DNA of 64,000 bases from Octopus sinensis (taxonomy: Eukaryota). Below are positions 50,131 through 63,477 of this stretch, one piece after another (position 1 is the stretch's first letter; the number at the start of each line of letters is the position of its first letter). The translations under genes were made by a program, and so were the position numbers. The DNA is taken from the NCBI RefSeq assembly GCF_006345805.1, contig NC_043013.1:36394001-36458000 (forward strand), written 5' to 3'. The notes below the pieces were generated by a model. It was not told the DNA's origin. It saw only the letters and a program-made list of their open reading frames with translations, and ran no database searches.

Positions 50131-52063
50131 CACGCACATATATATGTATGTATATGCATGTATGTATGTGTGTATATATATATGAATGATGATAAAAAAA
50201 AGAGAAAAGACAACTAAATTTAACTTCATTCCATTTCTTTGAAATGACATTGTTTTCATCTTTATTTTTCATCTATTACACCTACCCCACCACCCCACCA
50301 CCTGTCCTACTGTCATTCTGTGCATACAACAACCACCACCACCACACCACCACCACCACCGCCGCCGCCGCCTCTGCCGCCGCCATCATCATCATGATGA
50401 TCTTCGCCAAATCTCTCATAGCATCAGCTGTTGTGGCACTCAGAGCGCTAAACTGCTCTTCCATCTCACCTGCTCCATCATCACAACCACACCACCACCA
50501 CCACCACCACCACCACCACCACCGCCGCCGCCACCACCACCACCACCACCGCCACCGCCACCACCACCACCACCATCACCACGGCCTCTGCTTCCACTAT
50601 CCACCACCACTACCAATACCAATACTACCACCACCACCACCACCACCACCACCAACACCGTCACCACTGCCTCCAACAGTACCGACAACCATTAGAACCT
50701 CAACAGCTTTGATATCATAAACTGCACCAACGTTTACAGCAACACCAACAAGAATATCAATCAACAACAAAACCCTTACATGGTTGCTGAACCTGCAAGA
50801 AATAGGAGCCAAATTGCTCTCAAATCACATCTTTATCTTTTATCTTTTATATGTTTACTTGTTTCACTCATTACACTGTGGCCATGCTGGGGCACCACCT
50901 TGAAGAATTCTTTTAGCTCAAAGAATTGACCCCAGTCCTTTTTTTAAGCCAGGTACTTTATTGATTTCTTTTTCCAAACCATTAAGTTATGGGTACATAA
51001 ACACCCTTAATATTGGTTGTCAAGTGATGTTGGGGGTGGGGACAAACACAGACACAAAGACACACATATACACATGCAATTATACATATAATATAATATA
51101 TATATATATATACATATACACGCACATATATATGTATGTATATGCATGTATGTATGTGTGTATATATATATATGAATGATGATAAAAAAAAGAGAAAAGA
51201 CAACTAAATTTAACTTCATTCCATTTCTTTGAAATGACATTGTTTTCATCTTTATTTTTCATCTATTACACCTACCCCACCACCCCACCACCTGTCCTAC
51301 TGTCATTCTGTGCATACAACAACCACCACCACACCACCACCACCACACCACCACCGCCGCCGCCGCCTCTGCCGCCGCCATCATCATCATGATGATCTTC
51401 GCCAAATCTCTCATAGCATCAGCTGTTGTGGCACTCAGAGCGCTAAACTGCTCTTCCATCTCACCTGCTCCATCATCACAACCACACCACCACCACCACC
51501 ACCACCACCACCACCACCGCCGCCGCCACCACCACCACCACCACCATCACCACGGCCTCTGCTTCCACCATCCACCACCACTACCAATACCAATACTACC
51601 ACCACCACCACCACCACCACCACCAACACCGTCACCACTGCCTCCAACAGTACCGACAACCATTAGAACCTCAACAGCTTTGATATCATAAACTGCACCA
51701 ACGTTTACAGCAACACCAACAAGAATATCAATCAACAACAAAACCCTTACATGGTTGCTGAACCTGCAAGAAATAGGAGCCAAATTGCTCTCAAATCACA
51801 TCTTTATCTTTTATCTTTTATATGTTTACTTGTTTCACTCATTACACTGTGGCCATGCTGGGGCACCACCTTGAAGAATTCTTTTAGCTCAAAGAATTGA
51901 CCCCAGTCCTTTTTTTAAGCCAGGTACTTTATTGATTTCTTTTTCCAAACCATTAAGTTATGGGTACATAAACACCCTTAATATTGGTTGTCAAGTGATG
52001 TTGGGGGTGGGGACAAACACAGACACAAAGACACACATATACACATGCAATTATACATATAAT
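50110..52063. repeat. Tandem duplication of a ~970-990-bp unit
   Basis: About 50110-51092 and 51100-52063 are near-identical apart from (CAC)n lengths and rare substitutions; each includes a partial S1 SINE. Confidence 0.92.
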
Positions 52064-52347
52064 ATACATATATATATATGTATGTACAAACACACACACA
52101 CACACACACATACACACACACACACATATATACATATGGACTGAACAGAACAAGAAAAGACATGCAGAATAGAAAGTCATTGATGAGGTTGCAGGATGTG
52201 TGATGAAAAAGCTTAGGCAAAAACACTGAAATAATAACAACAACAGCAATAATAACAATAACGATAATAATAAAGCTGAAGTGAAGAACAAGTTTATAGT
52301 ACATCCTCAAGTATAATAATATATATATATACAAATATATATACATG

Positions 52348-52410
<63 letters not shown>

Positions 52411-52649
52411 ATGTATGTGTGTATATATATATATAAACAATTACAGCGTCGAATTTTGTCAGCAAACAGGTCACATTCTCAAAAGTATTTTGGCAAATTA
52501 AATTTAAATGTTGAAGTCAATCTAACAGTTTTTGTGTATTTCTTAAATGGCTTATAAACACCTTCCACGCTGCAATTGTTTTTGTTCCAGCGCTCAATCT
52601 CAGATCAGGTCACTTGCTATGCAAGTAGATCTCTGTAGTATATATATCA

Positions 52650-53268
52650 TCATCATCATCATCATCATTTAGCGTCCGTTTTCCATGCTAGCATGGGTTG
52701 GACGGTTCAACTGGGGTCTGGGGAGCCCGAAGGCTGCACCAGGCCAGTCAGATCTGGCAGTGTTTCTACAGCTGGATGCCCTTCCTAACGCCAACCACTC
52801 CGAGAGTGTAGTGGGTGATTTATGTGCCACCGACACAGGTGCCAGACGAGGCTGGCGAACGGCCATGCTCGGATGGTGTTTTTATGTGCCACCGACACAG
52901 GTGCCAGACGAGGCTGGCAGACGGCCACGCTCGGATGGTGTTTTTATGTGCCACCAACACAGGTGCCAGATGAGGCTGGCGGACGGCCATGATCGGATGG
53001 TGTTTGTTACGTCCCCAAAGCACGGAGGCCAGTCTATGCGGTACTGGCTACGGTCACGTTCGGATGATTTTCTTGTGTGCCACCGGCACTGGTACCACAA
53101 AGATACAAATTCCATTGATGTTCATCTATTTTGATTTGTTTTGATTTTCACTTGCCTCAACAGGTCTTCACAAGTGTCACAAGAAGGAAGGTATGCACAG
53201 GTGGACTGACTACGTCCCAGGTAGGGGCCACGGGTTATGGCCTGACTAGTCTTGCCGGGTCTTCGGAT
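52650..53268 (-). mobile_element. Young RTE-type LINE 3' end with a 62-bp x3 tandem repeat (52820-53005)
   Basis: (CAT)n tail, CpG-rich UTR; TATGTGCCAC repeats at 52821, 52883 and 52945; ends in (TA)n. Confidence 0.8.
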
Positions 53269-53389
53269 ATATATATATATATATATATATCAAAATAAGC
53301 AACAATTTTAATCATTTTACTTTGAAATTGTATGGATAATACTGTACTAAATTCTGGTGTCTCAAGTTAAGTGCCATATTCATCTGAAT

Positions 53390-53429
<40 letters not shown>

Positions 53430-54560
53430 ATATCTATATATATATATATATGTACACACACACATATATACATGTATACATATAGGTCTAACCCATGCTC
53501 ACATGGCAAGACAGATGTATAATGAATAAATGAATGAATGATGCATGTTTGCAAGGAGTAGACTAAAGAAAGAAAATACCACAGAATTGAAAAGCTACTA
53601 ATGAAAGGATATATATTATTTTTAAAGTTGATTACTTTTCAATTACTTAATGTAATGAAAATATAGTCATCTTTTACAATATTATATACATATGTGTGTG
53701 TGTGCACATATATATATATATATGTGTGTGTGTGTACATCTAGATAGATACACAGATATGTATATACCTATATATATACATAAATATATATTCACACACA
53801 CACACACACACACACACATGCATACACTTATGTACACATGTACATGTTCATACTGACTCACTTGCATGTATGTGAAAACTGGGATGCTGTTACAGTGAAT
53901 TTATTAGCTTATAATTAAATATTAAATTTCTAACTTGATACAATATATTTAATTAAAGTATAATAATAATTAATATTATTAAGACAAAATTTAATTAAAT
54001 GTTCTCCATTTGGTCATGATTTGTGCATATGACAAACAGAACTTTGCTTTAACTATTTATCTTATATGTTACAATTTAAAGTGAATGTCTATATTGGAGA
54101 CATGCCTATATCCTGAAGCAGCCGCTAAATTTGTTTATCACATCTTGTCTTGTTAAATAAGGACAGAGAGATTCTTTGAGGGTAAGGTGTTTGCTTCCAA
54201 CAGCATGAGTTTGTATTTAGTCCCTTTGAGTGGCACATTAGGCAAGTAAATCTCTTCTACTAGAGCTTTGAGCCAACCAAAGTCCTCTGAGTGGGTTCGT
54301 GGAATTGGTTGACAGAAATTGAAGGAAGCCCTTCAATTATATCTCTCGTGTAAAGTACTTGTGGTGTTTCCATGCAAAAGTGCCTGTGTGGTGCCATGTA
54401 AAAGCACTCATGTGGCATCACATAAAAGTACCCATGTGGTGTCATGTAAAAGCATCCAGCACACTCTGTAAAGTGGTTGCTGATAGGAAGTGCATCCAGC
54501 CTTAGAAGCCATGACAAATCAGATTGGAATCTGTTGCAGATCTCTGACATATATATATAT

Positions 54561-54612
<52 letters not shown>

Positions 54613-54899
54613 CAGAGAGAGAGAGAGAGTAAAGATTATTTGCGAACATAATGTGGCAGTCCTGATTAGGACAAATGGGGATAAATAGCAGTAGCATTCA
54701 TCCTAATCAGGACTGCCACGTTATGTTCGCAAATAATCTTTACTCTAGAGTAGTACTGTTACTGAATGTTTCTCATTCAGAGATTTAGAAATAAAATTTT
54801 TCAATAAGTGTGTGTGTATGTGTGAGTGTGAGTGTGTGTGTATGCATATACACACTCACACAATCATAGCATTCATTAGAACAAGCTAATAATGACAAC

Positions 54900-55050
54900 A
54901 TATACATTTTTTTTCATTCTCTCCATTTTTTTTTCCACTCAACACTTTCTGTCAAAGAGCAGAGGCTCAAAATATCAAAGACTTTTCCATTCTTCCTAAG
55001 CCTCAAATACACCTGCCTGTCTTTGACTTTTGTTTTCTATAAATTCGAAT
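54900..55050 (+). mobile_element. Family D element, decayed
   Basis: CTTT CTGTCAA A GAGC AGAG GCTC AAAA TAT C AAAG at 54945-54980. Confidence 0.55.
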
Positions 55051-56519
55051 ATATGGTTGTGTGTATATATATCTATGTAACTGTGTGTTTGTTTCATTCT
55101 GTGTTTGTTTCGCTCCATGCTTAGCAGTTTGACAAATAGGGTTCAATAATAAGTAGCATACTTAGATATGACAACTACATTACCTAAACCCTAGGAAAGA
55201 GTGCTCCAGTTTGGTCAGAGTTCAATAACCTTAACCTCTAACTGAGTACATATATATATGTGAATGTCATAATTTTGCATGTATGTATTTATGCATGTAT
55301 GCATGTATATATGTATGTATGTATGTATATATGTATGTGTGTATGTGTGTATGTATGTATGTTTGTATGTATGTATGTATGTACATTCTATTTACAATCA
55401 AAATCTGTACTCAAATATGACTGAATGCTTTTGTTAAAATATATTAAAAGTATGCATCACCTGTAAATGAATGAAGGGCTTGAATATTAAGGTGTTAGAA
55501 GAAAATTGCATAGTAATTATACATACATATATATCTATATCTATGTATCAATATATGTGTGTGTGTGTATATATATATGGATAGATAGATAGATAGATAG
55601 ACAGATACATAGATAGGCATAGAATGATTGATAGACATATATATATCATATTGTATATATATATATATATATATAATATATATATATATATGTATGTATG
55701 TATGTATATCAACATGTGACTGAGCAACTGTGCATCTACCTCTGTTGCTTATATGTCTATATTTATTATATCAGTGTATGATATAATTATTCCTTGTTAC
55801 ATTTGCATCTTCAGATTTTTGTATTTATTTATATTGGAATACATGTGTGTGCATGTGGGTGTGTATATATGCCTGCATGCATCTATGTGTGTGTGTATAT
55901 GTGTATGTGTGTATGTGTGTGTGTGTGTTTTGTTCTTTTTGATGGTTTTGTTGTTGTATTGTCGTACACAAAACTAATTATACATTGATACATGCAAGCA
56001 GGATGACAGACATGTAGGCATTGAGACGTATGTATTTATATAAATAACTAGTTATACACAAGAACACTCTCATATAGTTTATTTGTGTATACATATGTAA
56101 ATGCTCTTAGACGTGCACACACACAGACAAACACACGCACACATACACGCAAACACGTCAATTAGTGTGTTAAAAACTTGAAATCTAAATATATACATGA
56201 ATACCTATATCCATACATATACACATACAAACATATATATATATATATATAGGTGTGATGTTGTGTACTTGTGTACAAATATGTATGTACGTGTGTGTGT
56301 GTGTGTATGTTTATGGAAACATAAATACACAAATTAGATTAGATATAAATAAATTAGATTAACATACGTGATAGTGTTATATATATATATATATATACAT
56401 ACATACATATATATATATACATACATACTTACGCACACACATATTATTTCACACCTACATATTCACAAACGCAATTGCAAAAACACACACATAGACATAC
56501 ATATAAATATAATATATAT

Positions 56520-56565
<46 letters not shown>

Positions 56566-58434
56566 TATATATATAATATATATATACAAAATATCTATAT
56601 ATATATATATATATAATATATATATATATATATACAAATATATATATATAATATACAAATATATATATATATAATATATATATAGATATATATATATATA
56701 CCTACACATGTAGACGTACAAGACTAATATATACATTCCTATTTATCTATATGAATCTATTAAACAAACTAAAGAAATTGAATTAAGAGCGAAGAATTGT
56801 GAAGTTAATGGAATGAGAATTAACAATCATGTACAGAATGGTTTTGATGTTATGGTGATATGTGTTATTAACACCTCCAATCCTTTGCAACTGTTGTCAA
56901 CAACAACACCATCCTCGCCGTCATCACCACCACCACCACCATCGAACACCACTGCCAACGCCGGCACCTCTGCTGTTAATGATGCCACTAAGAACAAGAT
57001 TGTGGTCTGCACCCAAAGCCTTTGTGGAATGAATGGCGGCTGCGTTACAGCCACATCTTGTGCATGTGGCTTTTAATTGTTTAGGAGAAGGAAATCCGCT
57101 ATGGCCATCACCACTGCTGCCACTTCTGCCGCCGCCGCCGCCGCCTTCACCACCACCACCACCACCACCACCACCACCATTGCTGTCATTACCATGGCCG
57201 TCATCATTATCACTACCACTGCTACCCGCCACCATTGCCACCACTATTGCCACCATCGCCACCACCATCACCTCCACCACCACTACCACCACCACCACCA
57301 CCACTATCCCCACCACCACTACAATCATCACCACCACACTCAGCACCACCACCACCACCATCACCATCACAATCACAGCTACCACTATATCCATCATCTT
57401 CATCACCATTCTCGCCACCGTCATCACTACCATCACCACCACCACCACCACCACCATCACTATCAGAATCACCAGCACCACAACTATCACTACGATCACC
57501 AACAGTGGCAACAAGAACAAGAATGTATCCCATGTGGACACTAGAGTGACTAGAAATAACAGCCAAATCTCCATCAACTCATACCAAAACCATCTCAGAA
57601 GAGGATATGTTGGATAATGCTTATTCAAACTGACACGAGATGGTCACATCTGGAATGTCATTGATCATATATCTACTCAATCAGGAATGACCTTGGCCTA
57701 AGCAACAATAGCTACAACAATGTGGAAGTCTTTCTATGGATGTTTGACCTGTTAGAAATAACTTAGATCTTACTTAAGTACCTGTTGTCTTCAAACATCA
57801 TTACCATTAGGTACCATCTGTTCTCGACAGGTTGAAAATCAAGGGTTTCCATTCTAGTCTACCATACGATAGTTTACTCCAGTCCATGATGTTATCAAAC
57901 CAGTCTGTTCTAGGTCTTCTGCTTAAACATTTGCCATTTGTCATTCCTTATAGAGATAGTCTATGTAAAACTTTGCCTCTTACAGTGTGGCCAAAGTATT
58001 TTAGCTTAATTTTTTTATTCCCTTAACTGTGAAATCAAATTTCATTGTTATTCCAGTTAAGATGTCAAATATCTACCAAAGAAATACAACTGATGTTTTC
58101 TGCAAGCTATGTTACTTCAATAAACTTGACATATCTCAGCAAAAAATAGTTTCAGATACGACATTCTTCAACAAAAGACAAAAATTGATAAGTAAAATTG
58201 CTTTCCGCAATTAAGAGTAATGTAATTTTGATTGGATTTATCTGATTTCCAAAGTGAAATGGTTAACAGTTGAAAGTAGCAATCTTTTTGTATCTGCTTG
58301 TTGCAACACTTCATTAGTTTTATATTTTGCCCAAGATATTCTTCACATTCAGTTTTCTGTCCACATTTCAAGCACTTCCAATTTGTAAGAGTTTTTATCA
58401 ATGTATGTTTTTGCACCTTATATTGGTGCAATAT

Positions 58435-58975
58435 TTTAAATTCAGGTTTGTCCCTGTTAACAAGGGTGGCCAGATCTACCTCACTCTTATAGCAACCGCT
58501 CTCACACTATTTTGCCATCTTACCCAGTTTTGGGCATCCTCCCATCTCAAACCAACCCTCCCAATCTCGTCCTCCACTTGTCCCCTTCATGTTTTCTTTG
58601 GGTGACCTCCTTTTCACGGTTCATTCGCTTTAAACTCAAGCACTCTCCTCAGAACATGATCTTCATCTCTCCTCAACATACCACCGCACTCCATTCACCC
58701 TTGCCGGCTGTTCCACCGAATTATGCAACCCCAGTATCCCTATCAAGTCCTCAGCCCTCTTTTTATTCAATTGTTTTACACCACACATTGCTCTTACCAT
58801 TTCTCTCTTGGTCCTTCTCAAAATTGCCATTTTGCTTTCTCTCAGACACCATGTCTCCCTCCCATACAGCATAATAATAATAATGATATAATTCAATATA
58901 GAAATGTTTTACACCATATAACAGTGTGGACCATACATAACATTTATACATCCTTTTCTTGTTTCAATTGAGGTC
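58435..58975 (-). mobile_element. RTE LINE 3' fragment (ORF C-terminus), apparently two subfamilies joined
   Basis: MLYGRETWCLRESKMAILRRTKREMVRAMCGVK...RWY..VLRRDEDHVLRRVLEF...GGHPKKT*; upstream piece MYKCYVWSTLLYG. Confidence 0.85.
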
Positions 58976-58984
58976 AGTCAAAAC

Positions 58985-59160
58985 ACTTAGTGGTATTTCA
59001 TCTGTCTTTACATTCTGAGTTCAAATTCCACTAAGGTCGACTTTGCCTTTCATCCTTTCAGAATCAATAAATTATGTACCAGTTGCATACCAGGGTCGAT
59101 CTAATCGATTGGGCCCCTCCCCCAAAATTTCAGGCCTTGTGCCTAGAGTAGAAAAGAATA
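58985..59160 (+). mobile_element. SINE S2
   Basis: GGTATTTCATCTGTCTTTACATTCTGAGTTCAAATTCC...GTGCCTAGAGTAGAAAAGAAT. Confidence 0.85.
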
Positions 59161-59162
59161 TT

Positions 59163-59335
59163 TGCATGGCACTGTGAAAGGTTACTAAATGTGGAAAATG
59201 AACTGGAGAAGGAGAGTCTTTCAAATATCGAGCCAATTGAGGGACCAGCCATCAGAGTTGATAGCAGTATAATTGATAAGGCAATTAAGGATATAGCGAT
59301 AGGGAAAGCCTCAGGACCATTGGGTGTTACTGGTA
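59163..59335 (+). mobile_element. RTE LINE ORF fragment just upstream of the RT domain
   Basis: HCERLLNVENELEKESLSNIEPIEGPAIRVDSSIIDKAIKDIAIGKASGPLG resembles the 'AI..MK.GKAPGP.GI' motif. Confidence 0.8.
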
Positions 59336-59669
59336 CTTCATAAAAAGCACTTAATCAACTCTGCAAAGTGGTTGGTGTTAGGAAGGGCATCCAACCATAA
59401 AAAAGAAAACCATGCCAAAACAGAGATAGAAGTTTGGAACATATGTCAAACTGTCCAACCTATGCCAGTATGGAAGAAGGATGTTAAATGATGATGACGG
59501 TGATGATGGTGATGATGTGCTAGTAGTTTGCAGCATGTACATCACATGACTAAAGTAGTTCAAACCATGGAAGGTAACCCCTGGGGTTCGTAGTATCGTG
59601 GTAGTTTGAGCACTGACACATTATGCATTGTTTCACTCTGTATGTGATTTCAAAGGCACACAGATAAAT

Positions 59670-60535
59670 GTGCAACACAACCGAATTGAGGAACTTATGC
59701 ATCGCATGTTTCAACTGCACCATAATGCTGTGTAAGCAACCAGAAACATTTGTTGTGCAAAAGGTGAAATTACAATTGATCTGGAACCAGATGGTTCGAG
59801 AAATTTTGCTTAGGGCAGCAAGGACTTTGGCAATTAGGCAAAGTCAGGTAGGCCTAAAGCGGAGACATTTGGCTTAGTGGTTAGGGTGTTGGACTCATGA
59901 TTGTGAGATTGTGGTTTCGATTCCTGGACCAGGTGATGCATTTTGCTCTTGAGCAAAACACTTCATTTCACATTGCTCCAGCCACCCCAGCTTGCAAAAC
60001 TGAGTTATCCTGTGGTGGACTGGTGTCCCATCCAGCTGGAGAATATATATATGTCATGGAAACTGGCCCTTATGAGTTGGTATGACTCATGAAGAGGTAG
60101 GCCTAAAACCAGGGGTTCCATGGCTGTGTTCCAGGTCAAAGGTGGAAAATCCAACATGTAGAGAGTATCAGGAGAGTGCAATATCTCATGGGTGTATACC
60201 ATTGTGCAGCAAAAATGTGTGGCATTGATTAACAGAAAGTGAGCTTTTCTGCAACAAGACAATGCAAGACCCCATACCACTCAAATGACCTGGATATAAA
60301 CTCCAGGAACTTGCAGGAATTGAACTGATTCCAGACCCAGCACATAGTCCAGTCCTAGCTCCCTTGGATTATTACTTGTCCCAATCCATGGCTCACTTCC
60401 TGCGCTTACAAAAATTCATCAACCAAGCAGAGGTTGAAGCTTCAGCAAAAGAGTTTCTTCACCTCAAAAGATAAGAACTGGTATCAGCATGGAATCAAAG
60501 AACTGGCTGAAAGGTGTCTTCAGATGGTGCAAACA
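59670..60535 (+). pseudogene. Decayed mariner transposase, internally deleted and SINE-interrupted
   Basis: N-terminal ATRNICCAKGE...KSGRPK|T...RVSGE; C-terminal QQDNARPHT...PAHSPVLAPLDYYL...KDKNWYQHGIKELAERC, corresponding to DNARPH and YSPDLAPSD. Confidence 0.88.
59861..60094 (+). mobile_element. SINE S4 with 13-bp target-site duplication
   Basis: AGGTAGGCCTAAA at 59846-59858 and at 60095-60107. Confidence 0.88.
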
Positions 60536-60664
60536 AAACAAATAAGCTACCAAAACATTGCAAAACTTTTGACTCAACACAATACAGTAATCCCTCAACT
60601 AATGCAGGTGTTATATTCCACCCCGCACCATGATAGATGAAAATCCCCAAGGTAGAAACAGTAC

Positions 60665-60851
60665 TCTACTCTTTTACTTGTTTCAGTCATTTGACTGTGG
60701 CCATGCTAGAGCACAGTCTTTAGTCGAGCAAATTGACCCCAGGACTTATTCTTTGGAAGCCTAGCACTTATTCTATCAGTCTCTTTTACCGAACAGCTAA
60801 GTTATGGGGATGTAAACACACCAGCATTGGTTGTCAAGCGATTTGGGGGGA

Positions 60852-60900
<49 letters not shown>

Positions 60901-61485
60901 ACACACATGTATATATATATATATATCTATACAATATGTTACATTACTCAGTAGTCAAGATAAAACTCTGAGTTTCAGATGCCGAAGTGGAAATCCACAA
61001 CACCATCTCTTCGGTTATCTGGCTATTTGAAAACGTTATGAAAAAATACCGTTAAATAAAGGGAAATTACTCTGTTATAACTCTGCTTGCCTGCGTACTT
61101 ATACATCGCTCGTATTTTTCATCATAAAAATTATGTAAAAATTATATAAAAATACATAAAAAATATATAAAAATATATAAAAATATATAAAAATATATAA
61201 ATTCTTCTTGGGACATAACATAGAAAGCATGTTCTATCTGTTTTCTTTAGGGGACCAAAAACGTAACAGAAATTTAGTCACATGTGGGCATGATCCGAAA
61301 AGCTCTGTCCTTGTATTTAGACATGTAGTAGGGTCTATATATATGACAGGCTTCTTTCAGTTTCACAAGGTTTTGGTCAGCCTGAGGCTATAGCAGAAGA
61401 TACTTGCCGAAGGTGCCACACAGTGGGACTGAACCCGGAACCATGTGGCTGGTAAGCAAGCTACTTACCACACAGCCACTCCTAC
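60665..61485 (-). mobile_element. SINE S1 interrupted in its internal microsatellite by a ~430-bp insert
   Basis: 3' half at 60665-60900, 5' half at 61340-61485. Confidence 0.8.
60959..61019 (-). ncRNA. Hammerhead-like fold (family F), U4C in this copy
   Basis: Minus strand: GATAA CCGAAGA GATG [22 nt] CATC T GAAA C TCAGA GT T TTATC; 5-bp stem I. Confidence 0.5.
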
Positions 61486-62589
61486 TGTATATTTTTTTAA
61501 ATCATTTTTATAATTTGTATATATTTCTTTTATTATGAATGCAAAACAACACCACAGCGGAATCGCTGTAAGCTTAAATAATAAACTGTGATAGGTGAAC
61601 TGCAATTAGGCGAAGGATTACTGCTTATATATATTCCTTGATGCTAAATATTTTGACATGTTTCCAAATGTCTTTCATGCAATTTCTATTCTTCATCTAA
61701 TTTCTAGTTCCATACTTACCGTTTACAGATTGCATAAAACCACAATAAACCATTTTTGTAAACTGTTTTATTGGTGTTCCAGTTCTGGTTACGTTAATGA
61801 TAGGTGGTGTTTGTTTCCTGCAAATGCCACAGTTCAGTCTTTAAACAATATTAGATAATGATGTAGTCTTAAATATGGTGTTTGAGCAAAAAGTGGAATG
61901 GTCATGTTGGGAACGTCTTTGATTATATGTCTGTTTGATTGTTGTCAATTTAGGATTATATAACAACAATAAATGTCACTGATGTTACGATCACCATTTC
62001 CTGTCAGTTGTAAAATCACTGTCACCATCGTTATTACTCGCACCATGACAACGACGATGCTGATACTGATGATTATAATGGTGATTGCTGCTACTGCTGA
62101 TGATGATGATGGTGATGATGATGATAATTACAGCTGTGACAATGACAAGGACGATGACAATGATGATGATGATAATGATGAGGATGACGATGACGATGAT
62201 GGTGATGATTATGATGATATTGATGACAACGACAACGATGATGACGATGACAGTGTTGACAGTGACAGCAATGATGATGGCGATGACGATGATGATAGTG
62301 AAATGGTAAATGCAGGCAGCATGGCAAAATGGTCAAAAAGTTCAATTTTGTAATTGAGATATCATAATTTTGAGCCCACTACATGGCCCTCATGGGTAAA
62401 GGCTATTTTTCATAGCCTTGTAATGACCACTCCCCTTGCCTTAAAGAGGCAGTACTCTCCCTTGTAGCAAGGCCATACCAAAGGTTTTAGCAACTTGTCC
62501 ATAATCCCTGATCTGAAGGCTGCCCTCCTCACCCCAAAATCTACTCAAAGTGTTTACATTGGTAAAAAACAAGTAAAGTTCCCTCCTGA

Positions 62590-62824
62590 GTTGTATAAAT
62601 TCATATGGGCTGGTTTCTTGATTTCCATGGCGAATATATTCCCCACCTGGATGGGATGCTAGTCCATCACAGGGTTACTCCTATTTTGCCAGCTGAGCGA
62701 ACTGAAACAACATGAAATGAAGTGCTTTTGCTTAAGAACACAATGTGTCACCCCCATCCAGAAACTGAAACCACAATCTTAGAATTATGAGTCAAACACC
62801 CTAACCATTAAGCCACGTGCCTCC
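62590..62824 (-). mobile_element. SINE S4
   Basis: Ends CCCTAACCATTAAGCCACGTGCCTCC. Confidence 0.8.
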
Positions 62825-63435
62825 AGTTTTCGTTGGTACCCAGAGTCAATTGAAAGCCATCATTGCTTATAACCCTTGATGGAAATCTGGAGTTGATTTG
62901 CCACAGATAGCTTTGTCCAGCTGCGTAATATTGCAAAGACCTGGTGACATTCTAAAAGCCAAGCACCAAATGCTGGTTGATTCTTGACCTACGATTGCAT
63001 CTTGGTCAAAGGAACATTGCTATGGAAAGATGAGGTTGTATGAGAGACGCCCAGAACAGTACAGTTAGCCCTTACTTTTGTCATCACCATCACAGTGGTC
63101 TAGATTGAAATTTAAATTGAATGACTCCCCGTTGTGTTGCTTGTTATTTATTTTCTGATATATAAGTACATATAAATATATATCTATATGAGTGTGTGTG
63201 TGTGCATACATTTCGATGATATCTATATTTATAAACACGTAGATACATAGATATGCGTATATTTATATAATAGACATATGCAAAATTTATATACAACAAT
63301 TTATACATAAATATGTACATCTATATGTATAAATACATACATACGTGTGTGCTTAAATATCTATATTAATAATTATGCATATATACATCTGTATAAATGT
63401 ATATAATATATCTACATGTATATATATATACATAT

Positions 63436-63477
<42 letters not shown>

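Noticed and set aside
52820-53005. 62-bp triple repeat as an independent system
   Set aside because: It lies inside an RTE 3' UTR whose GTGCC..GGCAC unit is variably amplified in other copies in the window (for example 54360-54460).
53590-53640. CTAATGA-AAGGATAT... resembling family A
   Set aside because: Core, GAAA and stem III are all mismatched; too weak to call.
56813-57076. EGF-like cysteine pattern in ORF (CTQSLCGMNGGCVTATSCACGF)
   Set aside because: Only a partial pattern with no splice or homology support; other frames are equally open.
58020-58430. Possible hAT transposase remnant on the minus strand
   Set aside because: Only vague similarity across several stops. The apparent TIR (CAAGGGTGGCCAGAT) is explained as the RTE 3' end.
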